Of a DNA stretch of 64,000 nucleotides, positions 28,635 to 42,534 are shown one piece after another; positions within the stretch are counted from its first letter, which is position 1, and every line of letters begins with the position of its first letter. The stretch is from Eledone cirrhosa. Its lineage: Eukaryota. Made by a program: the position numbers and the translations under genes. The notes under the pieces were generated by a model, which saw only the letters and a program-made list of their open reading frames with translations, ran no database searches and was not told the origin of the DNA. The DNA lies in NCBI GenBank assembly GCA_964016885.1, contig OZ024740.1:57226001-57290000 (forward strand). The letters are read 5' to 3'.

Positions 28635-29430
28635 ATATATGTGTGTGTGTATGTATGTATATATATGTAGCTATATATATGTGTATATATATATATATAT
28701 CATTTTTATATTCTTTTAATATCCCCTCATCCTTAACAGCACTTTTCAACTGCATCTAACTCTTATTTATCATATCTATATGTATTAGTATAATTTTATC
28801 AATATAAATATACCCATCAATTAAATTAATTTTATATCCTTTTCATAGATGTATTTTTTTCACTAACATCCTTATCTTAAAACTCTGGTCACCTTAGATA
28901 TTTGTATTGGCATTACTATTTTATAACAGCAACTGCTTGTATACCTTCTACTGACCACCTGACCTAGTTTCACCCCTAAAATAAGTTTCAATTACTACTA
29001 TTTTACCATTTGGCCAATTATTAACTTTCTATTGGTTAATTCTAAACCTCTTACCAAACAGACAGAATATATTTGATCTTTGTTGGTTTTATTCAATGAA
29101 CAAATAAAATTATTTCTGAGGTCAACATATGACCTACTTCTTCCCTAAAGTAATCCATTATTATATTGGATCTTTGTTGGTCTTATTCAATGAACAAATA
29201 AAATTATTTCTGAGGTCAACATATGACCTACTTCTTCCCTAAAGTAATCCTTCATTCATAATACTCTTTTCCATCCAAAACTGAAATCTACCTTCCTCTA
29301 CCCATAATTTAAGGTTCTCCTAATTCTATATCACTATCTTGACCCTCACTATCTCCTGATTGGTCAATTCAAAACTTGTTCCCAAACAGACCTACTGTAT
29401 TGAATCTTTGTTCTTATCAATAAACAAGTA

Positions 29431-29571
29431 TCATTATTTCTGAAGACAGTATATATATGTGTAGGTATGTATATTCCTCTGATAGTTTGTATAAATATTA
29501 TACATAGATCTATAGAATATGCATACCAACTCTAACACATATATATCCTAGAAACGATCGTAAAATAATGA
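29431..29571 (+). ncRNA. Type I hammerhead with about 100-nt extended stem II (family F); mirror copy at 23149-23290 (-)
   Basis: tcattattt-CTGAAGA-[atatatatgtgt/acacatatatat and ggtatgtatattc/gaatatgcatacc helices]-GAAA-cgatcg-TA-aaataatga. Confidence 0.75.
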
Positions 29572-31124
29572 ATTTTTTTAATATAAGGAACTGTTTCTTT
29601 GTTTATTCATTATTTTTTTAATAATTTATATTAATATATATATATTTATATAAATATATATATAAATATATATATATTTATATAAATATATATATAAATA
29701 TATATATAAATATATATATATTTATATAAATATATATATAAATATATATATATTTATATAAATATATATATAAATATATATCTATATCCAAAATTAAGAT
29801 AAATTAAATGAATTCAATCTAAATCGAAAATGTGGGTGTCAAGCCTTAACGGCGTGCGGCATATCGCCCAGAAAATAAGCTCAAAGACTTTTAGGTGCGA
29901 GCATTTTATAATAACTAGAAATTGATCAACATATATATAAATAAATATAAACATGAATAATCACAGGAGATAATTTTTACAAGCGTGTAACCACGCATGG
30001 CTAGTAGGTAACAAATAAATAAAGTTAACTAGAACTTCAAAAATAGATACCTTTTAATGATTAATCTTCCCTGAATATATTTCATTAAAGAAATATATTT
30101 CACCAATTAATCAGATGGTAAGTCACAGAAAGTGGATATTATTGGATTATCAACAAGGAAGAACAATATTCCAGCAATCCATGTTTACACTTCGAGTTAA
30201 AATCCTCAACTGGCCGCTACCACGTGTTGTTTTTACACATCACAGCGGCTTCGTCTCAGTGGCGTGAATAGGTATTCGACAACTATTATTATTAGATTAC
30301 TGAAGCTACCTTATACCTTCTTAAAAATACATTTTATAATTATTGTCTTTTGGCTTATGTATTTTCTTACTTATCATTTTCTTTAATCTTGCTCAACTTG
30401 ATAAGCTCTTTGAATTGCTCCCTAATTAGATTACTTAAATTACTTAAATTACTTTATCTATTATACCTAAGTTGCATCTGTTGAAGCAGCCCTTTGAAAA
30501 TTCCTCGGATCTCCCAAATCCCGTAATTTTTAACTTTTAATTTGTAATTTTCCTCAATTCGTTTATATATATCTTTAAAGGCTCTCTAAAATTTTAATTC
30601 TTGGAAGGGTCTCCCGGAAGAGGTTCTTATTAAAAATATTAAAGGGGCCTTTTCTGAGGGATTTTTTGAAGGCTTTTTGAATTAACCCTTAATTGATTAG
30701 TTTCTTTCAACTATTTATTTCTTAATTTTTAAAATTAAATTTAATGTTCAACCCCTTAATCGTTAATTTTTAATCATGGATATATAAGATTGCTTAATCT
30801 TAAATTCATTATATTTTTTAATTTCGGGGTTTGGAACTCTTAAAATTCAAATCCTAAATTAAATCTTAATATTTATAATATGTACTCCCTAAATCATTAA
30901 CTTTATTAACCTGTTAAATCTTATTGAAAGCTCTTTTCCCTAATTTTTAATTTTTAATTTTTAATTTCTGAGTTTAGAACTTTAGTAGGGATTATCAAAA
31001 CTTCGTAACATCCCTCTAGAACCCCTCACAGGGGGAATACCCCTTTGTACCTCTACTTTAGGTGTGACAACATCCACTTGCTTGAACTGCACTACACCAC
31101 TTTATAGTTAATTTAAGCATTGAA

Positions 31125-32423
31125 TTGATTGTCTTGTTGGTGCTGTGCAGAGGAAGTGCCATCGTTGGACAAATGAAAAACGAATCAATCTAGTAACGCT
31201 GATGAGCTGTATGACCGGTATGCTGAGTGCAGTGAATGAATGTATTGCAAGTGACGTATGGTTTGTACATATATGTATGATTTGATGGTCGGATTGGAGT
31301 CATGAGGACTGTGGATTGACCTCTGGTCGGCCCTGGTGATGATTATCTTTCGACATCCAATGTAGCAAGCACTGACCCAGAACTTACCAGGGATCATTGT
31401 GTGTTGAAGTGATTCTGCAATCACCTTGCCTGGTTCTTTGAGTAGACTGCCATCACAGAGATCATTAATTTAGAATTCTCGCTCGTCGTGTATAATATTC
31501 ATTTGTGGCACTCTACGATGGGGGCTAATCACCATAACAAGAACACCTTCAGCACAACTTAATAGACTACTCTATAGTTAAAACACTTTAAATTTTTAGA
31601 AATTTTTTAGAATTGGCGCATAACCATATAAGTTAGGGTCTATTTTGAGACACAATTTAATAGTTAGTAATAGAAACCAATGAGTTACCTCCCCTCATGC
31701 ATTAACTCCCCTTAGCCACACACACACTTCCGGGTAGTATTTCGATGTCGATTCTCGCAACGTAACATCCTCCTGTATTGAGCCAAAGAACATCAGAATA
31801 CGATTCTCTAACTGGATTGTTAAACGCCCAATATCGAATCGTCGTGGATTATGTGAGGGGCATATAATCTTAAAAATACGCCACCCAGACTATGAAAATG
31901 TCGCAGTGCATGAAACCCATATCATCGCTTCGCTACGCATTTCCAATATTTTTAATGCTTACACTATTTTTAATACTTATATTATTTCTCCACACACAGA
32001 CTATAACAATCATATAAAGAATTCATCACCAGATCAACAACCTTAACACTCTCGATTAGCTGCTTAAGTTCTTCTACTACACGTAACTCTCTGCCACACT
32101 ATATAAACAAGACGCACGTGCTTGCCACACATATAACCTTTGCACTATATAACCGCTTAATTTCATGTTGTATTTTAACCTGTATTTTTGATTGTATCTT
32201 TTAATATAAATGTAATCTCTAAGTGTGTACTGCCACTCTAAATGTTATAATGAATGTTGACCCACAATATTTGCATATGTATCTGTATGTCTCTTGGGTG
32301 AAAAGGAGGTCATATAAGTGTTCATTCAATAATAAATTGCTCCGAAGAATCCAAACCTCGGTTTGGAGGAAACAGTTGTAAGCATAAAAATGTTTTGAAC
32401 AGTTCTTTGATTATTATAATTCA
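31125..32423 (+). mobile_element. Non-autonomous hammerhead element (family B), longer copy
   Basis: Colinear diverged homolog of 52126-53421; HHR at 32338-32384; ends in (TA)n. Confidence 0.8.
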
Positions 32424-32495
32424 TATATATATATATATATCTATATGTATATATATATATGTATGTATATATATATATATATGTATATATATATC

Positions 32496-32528
<33 letters not shown>

Positions 32529-32544
32529 ATATATATGCATATCA

Positions 32545-32580
<36 letters not shown>

Positions 32581-32591
32581 GTATATATATC

Positions 32592-32626
<35 letters not shown>

Positions 32627-32655
32627 GTATATATATATCTATATATATATATATA

Positions 32656-33342
32656 TATAAACAAGGTTTAGCAAATAATGAAAAAGTTTCAAAATAATTT
32701 TTTTTAAATTGACTTTACCTACTATAGTTACCTTTACCGATCGGTTTCGAATCCCAAAAATAAAACGGAGACCATACGGCCTTCGTTGCAAAGAAAGATT
32801 CTCGTCAGAAGGTTCTTTTCATTCAAAGAATATAAAATTCCTGAATTTAAATCACAGACTAGCGCTATCAAAACTGTTCCCGGGATGAGAGTGGATGATG
32901 TAGAAACAGGTTTATCAAGGGCCGAAGCAAAGATAGAGGCAAAAGGAGGTAGGTCAAACCAGCCACGGCTATCACTAGCAGCAGTCAGAACGACCAAATT
33001 TGTTCTCAACATTAGTGGAGGTAGTAGTAATAGGATATGTGTTCCTTCACGCACAAGGCGCTAGGTACGCATGTATTGTCCAACCAAATGCCAGTGTGGT
33101 TCAATGGCGGGTTAATAAATTAACGAGCCAGAACAAATATAAACAAGGTTTAGCAAATAATGAAAAAGTTTCAAAATAAATTTTAAAAAATTGACTTTAC
33201 CTACTATAGTTACCTTTACCGATCGGTTTCGAATCCCAAAAATAAAACGGAGACCATACGGCCTTCGTTGCAAAGAAAGATTCTCGTCAGAAGGTTCTTT
33301 TCATTCAAAGAATATAAAATTCCTGAATTTAAATCACAGACT
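32656..33342 (-). mobile_element. Retrozyme-like mini-element: two about 205-bp direct repeats, each with a hammerhead, around a 275-bp core
   Basis: 32656-32861 matches 33138-33342; repeat period 482 nt; (TA)n flanks. Confidence 0.85.
32730..32813 (-). ncRNA. Type I hammerhead (family G); twin at 33212-33295
   Basis: acctt-CTGACGA-gaatc-[long loop]-gattc-GAAA-ccgatcgg-TA-aaggt; fully canonical core. Confidence 0.85.
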
Positions 33343-34249
<907 letters not shown>

Positions 34250-34250
<1 letters not shown>

Positions 34251-35460
34251 ACGATATTAATAAATAGAAACTATATCTATAAAACCATATTTATTTTATT
34301 ATACATATTTCAGGGATACCAAATTAAATTATGGCATGCCTTCATCAGACAAAATAAAATATATAACAGTTTTACAAATAAGCTTTGACGTACCCTTTTA
34401 AAATGCAACCATTATTTTTGGAAGCCATCTGGATAGTGAATTGTTTATATTATTTTAATAAGTCTTAGTGTTAAGGACAATTAAAAAAAGACGGAGAGAA
34501 AGAAAAAAGACGGAGAGAGAGAAAAAAGAAAGAGAAAAAAACGTGGAGAAATATCGGAGAGAGAGAAATGCATGGAGAAAAAAGAGAGATATAAATAAAG
34601 ACAGGAGGAAAGAAAGAAAAAAGAAAAGAAAAAAGGAAGAAATAAGAAAAACAGAGGAAAGCAACAGAGAGATATCAAGTCATCAGACAGATAGAAAAAC
34701 TCAAGAGAGAGAAATAATATATAGAGAGAGGGGAGATAATGAAAATTTTACGTCATGTCATATTAAGTTGAGTTAACAATTTATATGAAATGAATAATAA
34801 AAATATAAATATTAATATTCATGAATGGGACATAAATATATAATATGAGAAATTAAACATTGTTTAATAATGATTATATGTTTAGTTTAAAACTTGAGAT
34901 CAATATGCTAAAATTTGAGAAACCACTATCTTACGGCAAAGATAGACAAATATATCTATATATATATATATACACACGTCCTGTGAATAGAAATTATATT
35001 TACTCAGGTCTACAATATAGACATACAAAACGCAAATGATTTCTCTTAATCACTGCTATACATTCCTTGTGTTATAAAAAGTTCACAGTATATATACATA
35101 AATATATACGATTAACATTCATGCCTTCATATATACGATTACCATTCATGCATTTAACATTTTGTTAAAATTATGCATATCTGCAATCAAAACTGCGTGG
35201 GTAGGCATGCACACACATAACTCTCACCCACACACATACATATACATATATATATATACACATACATATGTATCAATAAATATTTGCGTGCGTCTTCACC
35301 AATTGTTAGACCTGCATCGCTCATGTACACATACAGACAGATATACAATCATTAAAAAAAACCTATAACACTTTTATATGCATGTTAATACACACATACA
35401 CATCTGTATAGAGATAATCAAATATCAATATATTACTAAAGGATTATACTTTGGAAATAT
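34250..35460 (-). mobile_element. 3' UTR-only copy of the PLE family at 56690-59045, with hammerhead at 34292-34356
   Basis: 34975-35420 is inverted-similar to about 58680-59045; 34250-34590 is similar to 56785-57140. HHR: tattttgt-CTGATGA-agg..cct-GAAA-tatgta-TA-ataaaata. Confidence 0.8.
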
Positions 35461-35562
35461 AATTATGAGTGTGTGTGTGTGTGTGTGTATATACATGGGT
35501 ATGTGTGTGTATGTATATATATGTATATATATGTGTGTATATATAGGTGTGTATATATATAT

Positions 35563-35594
<32 letters not shown>

Positions 35595-36291
35595 ATGTAT
35601 GTGTGTATGTGTGTGTACATATATGTATATATGTGTGTTGTGTGTATGTGTGTATATATATATATATATATATCGGTGTGTATTTATATGTATGAGTATA
35701 TGTTTTACTTGTTTTTATGTATATGCATACAAACAGGTTAATATGCGTGAGGTTAAGTATGTGTATGTGTGTGTGTGTACGTATGTATGTATCGAACGTA
35801 TGGATGTGTAAATGTGCGTATGTATATAAGCATGTATATTTTATGTCTCTCTTTTATGTTTTTTTATGTTTTTATTATATTTCTTTTATTATATTTCTTT
35901 TTATTTCTAAATTTATAGATACATTTTTATAAATATGCTGAGTCTGACACTCTCCTTTAATTACTTACTCCCTTACCTCCTTTTAATTCTGCATCTAGAT
36001 GTAAGTGTGTGTGGCCGTGTTTATGTGTGCGCCTCAATATCCATATAGTTATAATAATAATATATACGTATGTGTGTGTGTGTGTGTATGTATGTGTGTA
36101 TGTATATGTGTGTATATATGTATGTATATATATATGTATATGTATGTATATTTTGTCTGTGGATTATAAACATACAGAGACATTAGCTCTAAATGTTTAT
36201 ATTTACATACACTTTTTCGACATGCGTATGCATGTGAACATACATTTTTATGCATATCTGTGAACGAAGTTACTTACATATACACACACAC

Positions 36292-39200
36292 CTAACTGTA
36301 GTTTCAGCCATCCGGCTGAGGCCATGCTGGGGCACCGCCCTTGTTGCTACACATCTCATCTCCAGCCTGCACAGATTGGCCACTGGTGTTAGAGGGAGTT
36401 TGTTGCTGCTGCCCTTAGGTTTCCCTCGTGTCTTGCTGTGGGCTCATCCGGGATCCTGGATAACAAGGTGTTGAGATGTTTCTTGAAGACATCCACCTCC
36501 ACGTCATGCAAGTCTCTCAGATCCCTCGGCAGCCTGTTGAAGAGTTGAGGGCCCTTGAATCCCAGGCTATTGCAATACCTGCTCCTTATTCTAGATGTGG
36601 AAGACGGGACCTTTGGCACCACACAGTGACGTCCTGTTCGACGGTTGGTCCAGCTCCCATTGCCAAAGTTTGGTGCTAGTCCCTCCAGGATTTTCCACAT
36701 GTAGATCACTGCGTATCTCTCCCGTGTTCGCTCCAAGGAGTAGAGGTTCAGTTCCTTTAGCCTCTCCCAGTAGCTTGTCTCCCTCATCTTGGCAATCCTC
36801 TTGGTGTAGCTTCGCTGGATTGCCTCAACCTCCCTGGTTAGTTTGACACTATGGGGTGAGCACAACTGGGAGCAGTAGTCCAGGCGGCTTAGGACAAATG
36901 TCCTCCATAGTGTCAACATGGTGTCTCGATCTCTTGTCCGGAAAGTCCTCAAGATCAAGCCAGCGAGTCGTCTGCACATTGCCGCCACTTTCATGATGTG
37001 TGAAGAAAAAGATGCATCATCGCTCATGTCTATACCCAGGTCTCGTATCGATTTTGACACGGGGATATCAGTCCCTCCTGGTCCTGTGTAGTTGTGTTCC
37101 ACTATATTTGAGTTTGCAGGTTTGTTTGGAGGTTTGTATTGTAGGGCTTGGAATTTGCCAGCATTAAACTGCATGCTGTTTTCTTCCGCCCATTTGTATA
37201 TGGCATCCAGATCCTGCTGTAAAAGGACAGCGTCAGCCGGGTTTTTGATTGCCTGTGCTACCTTAGTGTCATCAGCATAGCTAGTGAGAGATGTTGTTGT
37301 ATGTACCACAGAGGGCATGTCTGAGAGAGCCACCAAAAACAGTAGTGGTCCCAGGACTGTCCCCTGGGGCACCGCACTTGTTATTGGTGTTTCCTTTGAG
37401 AGGGCCCCATTTGCTGCGACTGCCTGGCTTCTGTCCCTTAGGAAGCCATGCAGCCACTCACCTACTTTTCCAGTTATGCCGAGTCCGTGTAGTTTGTGAC
37501 ATATCATTCCGTGGTCGACCTTGTCAAAGGCCTTCGCAAAGTCAAGATATATCATGTCCACATGTGAGCTGTCTAGTAGTTGTCTCAGTACCCAGTCGTA
37601 GTGATGTAGCAGCTGTGTAAGGCAGCTTCTTCCTGGGCGGAAGCCATGTTGCGTGCTAGTCAGGCGGTCATTTTCCTCGAGGAAAGTGATCAGTTTCTTT
37701 CTGACGACTCGCTCCATGACCTTACTGATATGCGACGTCAGGGAGACTGGCCTATAGTTTTTGGCCTCCGCTCTGCTACCTCCTTTATTAATAGGGCATA
37801 TTGTGCCTTCTTTCAGCTCCCTGGGTAGTACACCGCTAGCCAAGGAGCTTCTGAAGAGCATCTTCAGTGGAGTTGCTAAGGCCCGCTTACATATTTTTAA
37901 GAGAACAAACAGCTGGGAATCCATCAGGTCCAGCAGCCGAGTCTGTTCTAATTTCATCAATGGCGTACACCACATCCTCCTCCGTTATGTCTATGTGGTT
38001 GATGGTTGCCATTTCTTCATGTAGTGTTGTGGCATCAAAGAACTCCTCTGGCTTCGTTATTTGCATGTGCCTCAGTGGACATGTGAACACACTTTTGTAC
38101 TGTTCGTTCAGTATTTCACATATCTCTTGGGGGTTTTCGGTTAATGAACCGTCCGTGTGGAAGAGTGGCCCAATCTTGCAGTGTACTGAGGCAGTCTCCT
38201 TTGCAAATCCAAATAAGGCCTTAGGGTTTGTTTTAATGTTTTCTATGGCCCTGTTCTCTTTCTTTGCCCTCTCATTCTCATGGGAAAGTTTGAGTGCAAT
38301 CTCGGTATCAAGTAGTGCACGTTTCAAATAGGATTCCTTCTTGTTTTTGTTTTGTTGACTATTCAACTGGTTTGAGAGTTTAGTTCTACGTCTCATAAGG
38401 ATTTTCCTATCTCTGTGAATAAGATTTTTGTGTCTGTTTGCCTCTTTCTCCGGGACAAACTTTTTGCATATAGTGTGTATCGTTGTCATGAAGTGTTGAA
38501 ATTGTGTGTTAGTGTCTTGTGTGGCGGTGTTTTCACTCCATGTTTGCTTCCGGATTTCTCTCTTAATCTTTTTCCAGTTAGCCTTGTAGAAGTTAAGGCT
38601 GGATAGCGTCCCGGAGCTTCTTGGTGGTTTTGTCTCTGTTGGTTCTCTTGGACCACATATCATTAGCTCTACTAAGTTATGATCCGAGAGAATTGTTGGT
38701 GTTACCTTTATATTGTGGATGAGCACTTCGTTGTTTGTAAAACAGAGGTCCAGGACATTTTCGCCTCTTGTATTGTGTGTGAGGGCCAGCAGGGATTCCG
38801 TCTGTCTCTGTTCTATTGACGTCATTCCAGGGAGGAGGTGGCCCTCAGGCCATTTGACCTTTGGTAGGTTGAAGTATCCCAGCAGTAGGATGTTGAGACC
38901 CTGGTCCAGTTTGTCAACGACCTCTTCTATCCTACTTAGGCTATCCTCAAATTTACCCTCATGACTGGGGGCATCGGGCGGCCGATATGTGACACATATT
39001 ACTGTCTGTAGTTGCTTCATATGTATTATCAGTGTGTCACAGACTAAGTGTGAATGTGTCAACAGTACAATTGGTGTGACATCTTCACGGATATACAGAG
39101 CAACCCCACCATGAGTTCTCTCCTTCCTGTCAGAACGAAATACAGTATATTTCGGTATATGTATTTCTGCATCTGCTATACTGCTTGTCAGATGCGTTTC

Positions 39201-40300
39201 GGTTAGTGCCATGCATAGTGCTTGATTGCTTATGGCTAAGTCTCCCAGGTAGGAAATTTTACTCATGTTACTGAGTTTCACCAGGCCTCTGACATTCAGC
39301 AGCAGCACTGGTGTGACTTTTGGGGTGCCAGTAATGGCTGTCGGTATGACACTTGGTCTGGTGTCAGCGGCGGCCACTCTGGGTCCCTTAACTGTGGTGG
39401 TCTCGAGTGCTGGTGTGGATGACCCTGGTTCTGGAGACGATGCAGCCAGGTCAGCTGTCCCACAATCTTCTCTGCCATCACTAAAAAGATTTTCTGCTCT
39501 GCTGCTGCCATCTGTATCTCGTCGGCATGTGCGTGCCTTCTCCTTGTTGGTGCGGCACGTGCGACATCAGTATACTTCTGGAGCGGCTTATTTCGGCTTT
39601 GCTGGGGCATGTTGCGCGAGTAGGATGGGCAATAGTTCGTTTGAGACCTAGGGTCGGCGAATCTGCATCCCATCCCTCTCTCTCCATGCCAGCATGTCCC
39701 GTTCATGAAAAACTTGCACATTACTTGGGTTTTTTTGCTCCCAGTGTCTCGGTGCTTTCTGTTCTTCCTTTGGTCCCTCTGCGCTTGGTTCTCCTTCGGA
39801 AGGTGATTTCGCTTTTCACCTTTGCCCTTTGCTTGTTGGTTGCCCGGCCTGCCCACCCTGCCTGTGGCGGAGGGTATATCATTTTCTTTCAGGTCCGTGC
39901 TTGTGCTCTCCTCCTTTTCTTTTTCCTTTTCCTTTTCCTTTTCCTTTTCCATCTCTTTCTCCTCATCTCTCTCTTCGGTTTTCTCCTCCCTGAGGACACG
40001 GCTTAGCATCGCATTTATGGCGCTATGAGGACATACGCCTTCTCAATTTCTTTCTCTTGCTCTGTATCTGTGCCAGGGTCCTCAGAAACCCATGGCTCTT
40101 CGGGTTCTCCGCCATGTTTTTGCTTGGTGGAGACCCATCAGCCATGGTCCAGCCCTTGATCAAAACCGCTAGTTCCATCTTTGACCAGTTTGGTTGACTC
40201 CTAATTTCACCTTTCTCCTGTATGCAGTCCATTTCGCTGTGGAGGGGAGAAAGAGAGACAGTGTGAAGTGTAGGGTAGAGGTTAGAGAGGGACAGAGGGA
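36292..40300 (-). mobile_element. Near full-length CR1-like LINE, frameshifted
   Basis: ORF1 pieces 40232-40023 and 40009-39296; APE 39377-37887 (LNVRG, LTETHL, LDLCFT, SDHNLV); RT 37975-36389 (QHGFR, YLDFAKAFD, PQGTVLGPLLF, YADD); 3' tail ggcggtgccccagcatggcc plus hairpin. Confidence 0.92.
36389..39377 (-). pseudogene. LINE ORF2 (APE plus RT), frameshift near 37900
   Basis: Two overlapping ORFs split at PDGFPAV; GDFN motif mutated to GYFN. Confidence 0.9.
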
Positions 40301-40404
40301 GATATAAGTCCAGTAATATAAGTATATTGAAGGAGCGATCTAGAGGAAAAGATATATATATTTATATATATATTTATAAAAGAGAGAATATATATATATA
40401 CATA

Positions 40405-40487
<83 letters not shown>

Positions 40488-40597
40488 TATATATATATAT
40501 ATATATATATTTATAAATATATATATATAAATATATATTATATGTGTATGTATATATATATAAATATATATATATATACATATATATAAATATATAC

Positions 40598-40645
<48 letters not shown>

Positions 40646-40646
40646 G

Positions 40647-40719
<73 letters not shown>

Positions 40720-40792
40720 ATATATATATGTGTATATATATATATATGTATGTATATATATATATATGTATGTATATATATATATATGTATG

Positions 40793-40867
<75 letters not shown>

Positions 40868-40870
40868 ATG

Positions 40871-40947
<77 letters not shown>

Positions 40948-40950
40948 ATG

Positions 40951-41019
<69 letters not shown>

Positions 41020-41044
41020 GTATGTATATATATATATATGTATG

Positions 41045-41117
<73 letters not shown>

Positions 41118-41129
41118 ATATATATATAT

Positions 41130-41790
41130 ATATGTATTTATATATGTTTTTAGCCTAAGAAAATATCTATATGCGTGTGTAATTTATACACGCATATATT
41201 TATTTTTTTAATTTCAATTGAGTTCTTAACACGTTGGATTGATAATGTTTTCGAAAAAACTGATTAACCCGCGTGTATATTATTATTTTATTTCCTCCTT
41301 TCGTGGATCGTGGTTGTCTCCCCTTCCCGCTTAGTGACGCTTTAATACTTCCAGTCAAATAAAAACTGCTGGAATTTCAAATTTGCCGGCACATCGATGC
41401 GGAAGGAGCAACTTAACGGACATGATTTTTAACTGTGGTAATAATGTTTTTCTTATATCAAAGTTTATTTGGCTTCCACTGATGATTTATAAACGCCCAC
41501 CTAAATATATTCTTACATGAATGTATATTAGGCTTCTACATAAACTGGAAATATTCTCCGAATTTGTAGAAACTTATAATGAAACAATTGTTTGGAAAGC
41601 GAGATATATTTAACTTTAATTATATCTCATAAAATAATACAACTGGCTTTTCCACATAATACATATTGTTAGCACCCCAAACACTTAAGTTGTGTTTATA
41701 TTAAAATATAACCTAATTTTTGTTGAGTGAGATGGTTACCAGTCAGAGATTAGCTTTAAACTATCTCTGTTATTGTATTAATTATATGTA
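41130..41790 (+). mobile_element. Non-coding hammerhead element (family I), repeated at about 48850-49510
   Basis: Highly similar direct copies between (TA)n arrays; companion block 47530-47638 matches 50610-50718. Confidence 0.85.
41472..41600 (+). ncRNA. Type I hammerhead with branched stem II (family I); twin at 49193-49317
   Basis: ttcca-CTGATGA-t-ttataa-[two hairpins]-ttataa-t-GAAA-caattg-TT-tggaa. Confidence 0.8.
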
Positions 41791-41792
41791 TG

Positions 41793-41853
<61 letters not shown>

Positions 41854-41897
41854 AGGTATGTATGTATATATATATATTATATATATATACTTATATA

Positions 41898-41953
<56 letters not shown>

Positions 41954-42300
41954 TATATATATATTTATGTATGTATATATATGTATATATATGTATATAT
42001 ATATATATATATATAAATATATATATATGTGTGTGTATGTATATATTTATATATATATGTATGTATGTATATATATGTGTATATATAATTATATGTATGT
42101 AATATATGTATATATATATGTATGTATGTATATATATGTATATATATATATATGTATGTATATATATGTATATATATATATATATGTATGTATATATATG
42201 TAGATATATATATATATGTATATATATGTATATATATATGTATGTATATATATGTATATATATATGTATGTATATATATGTATATATATATATATATATG

Positions 42301-42339
<39 letters not shown>

Positions 42340-42357
42340 TATATATATATATATGTA

Positions 42358-42392
<35 letters not shown>

Positions 42393-42400
42393 TATGTATG

Positions 42401-42433
<33 letters not shown>

Positions 42434-42435
42434 CA

Positions 42436-42534
42436 AAAATTGACCGGTTAATACATTTACATACATCTATATTATTATATATTTGAAAATTGACCGGTTA
42501 ATACATTTACATACATCTATATATTATATATTTG
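42436..42534. repeat. 50-bp tandem duplication at the LINE 5' junction
   Basis: aaaattgaccggttaatacatttacatacatctat... occurs twice. Confidence 0.85.

Noticed and set aside
29780-31100. Unique-looking AT-rich segment, possibly a decayed minus-strand ORF
   Set aside because: No ORF of 60 aa or more in the track and no motif I could identify; left unannotated.
31185-31510. Possible protein coding in the family B element (and 52180-52500)
   Set aside because: Every frame I compared has stops or a frameshift in at least one copy, and there is no recognisable motif.
32734-33064. Overlapping 106-aa and 92-aa ORFs in the mini-element
   Set aside because: No recognisable domain, both run through the hammerhead repeat, and the lengths are compatible with chance.
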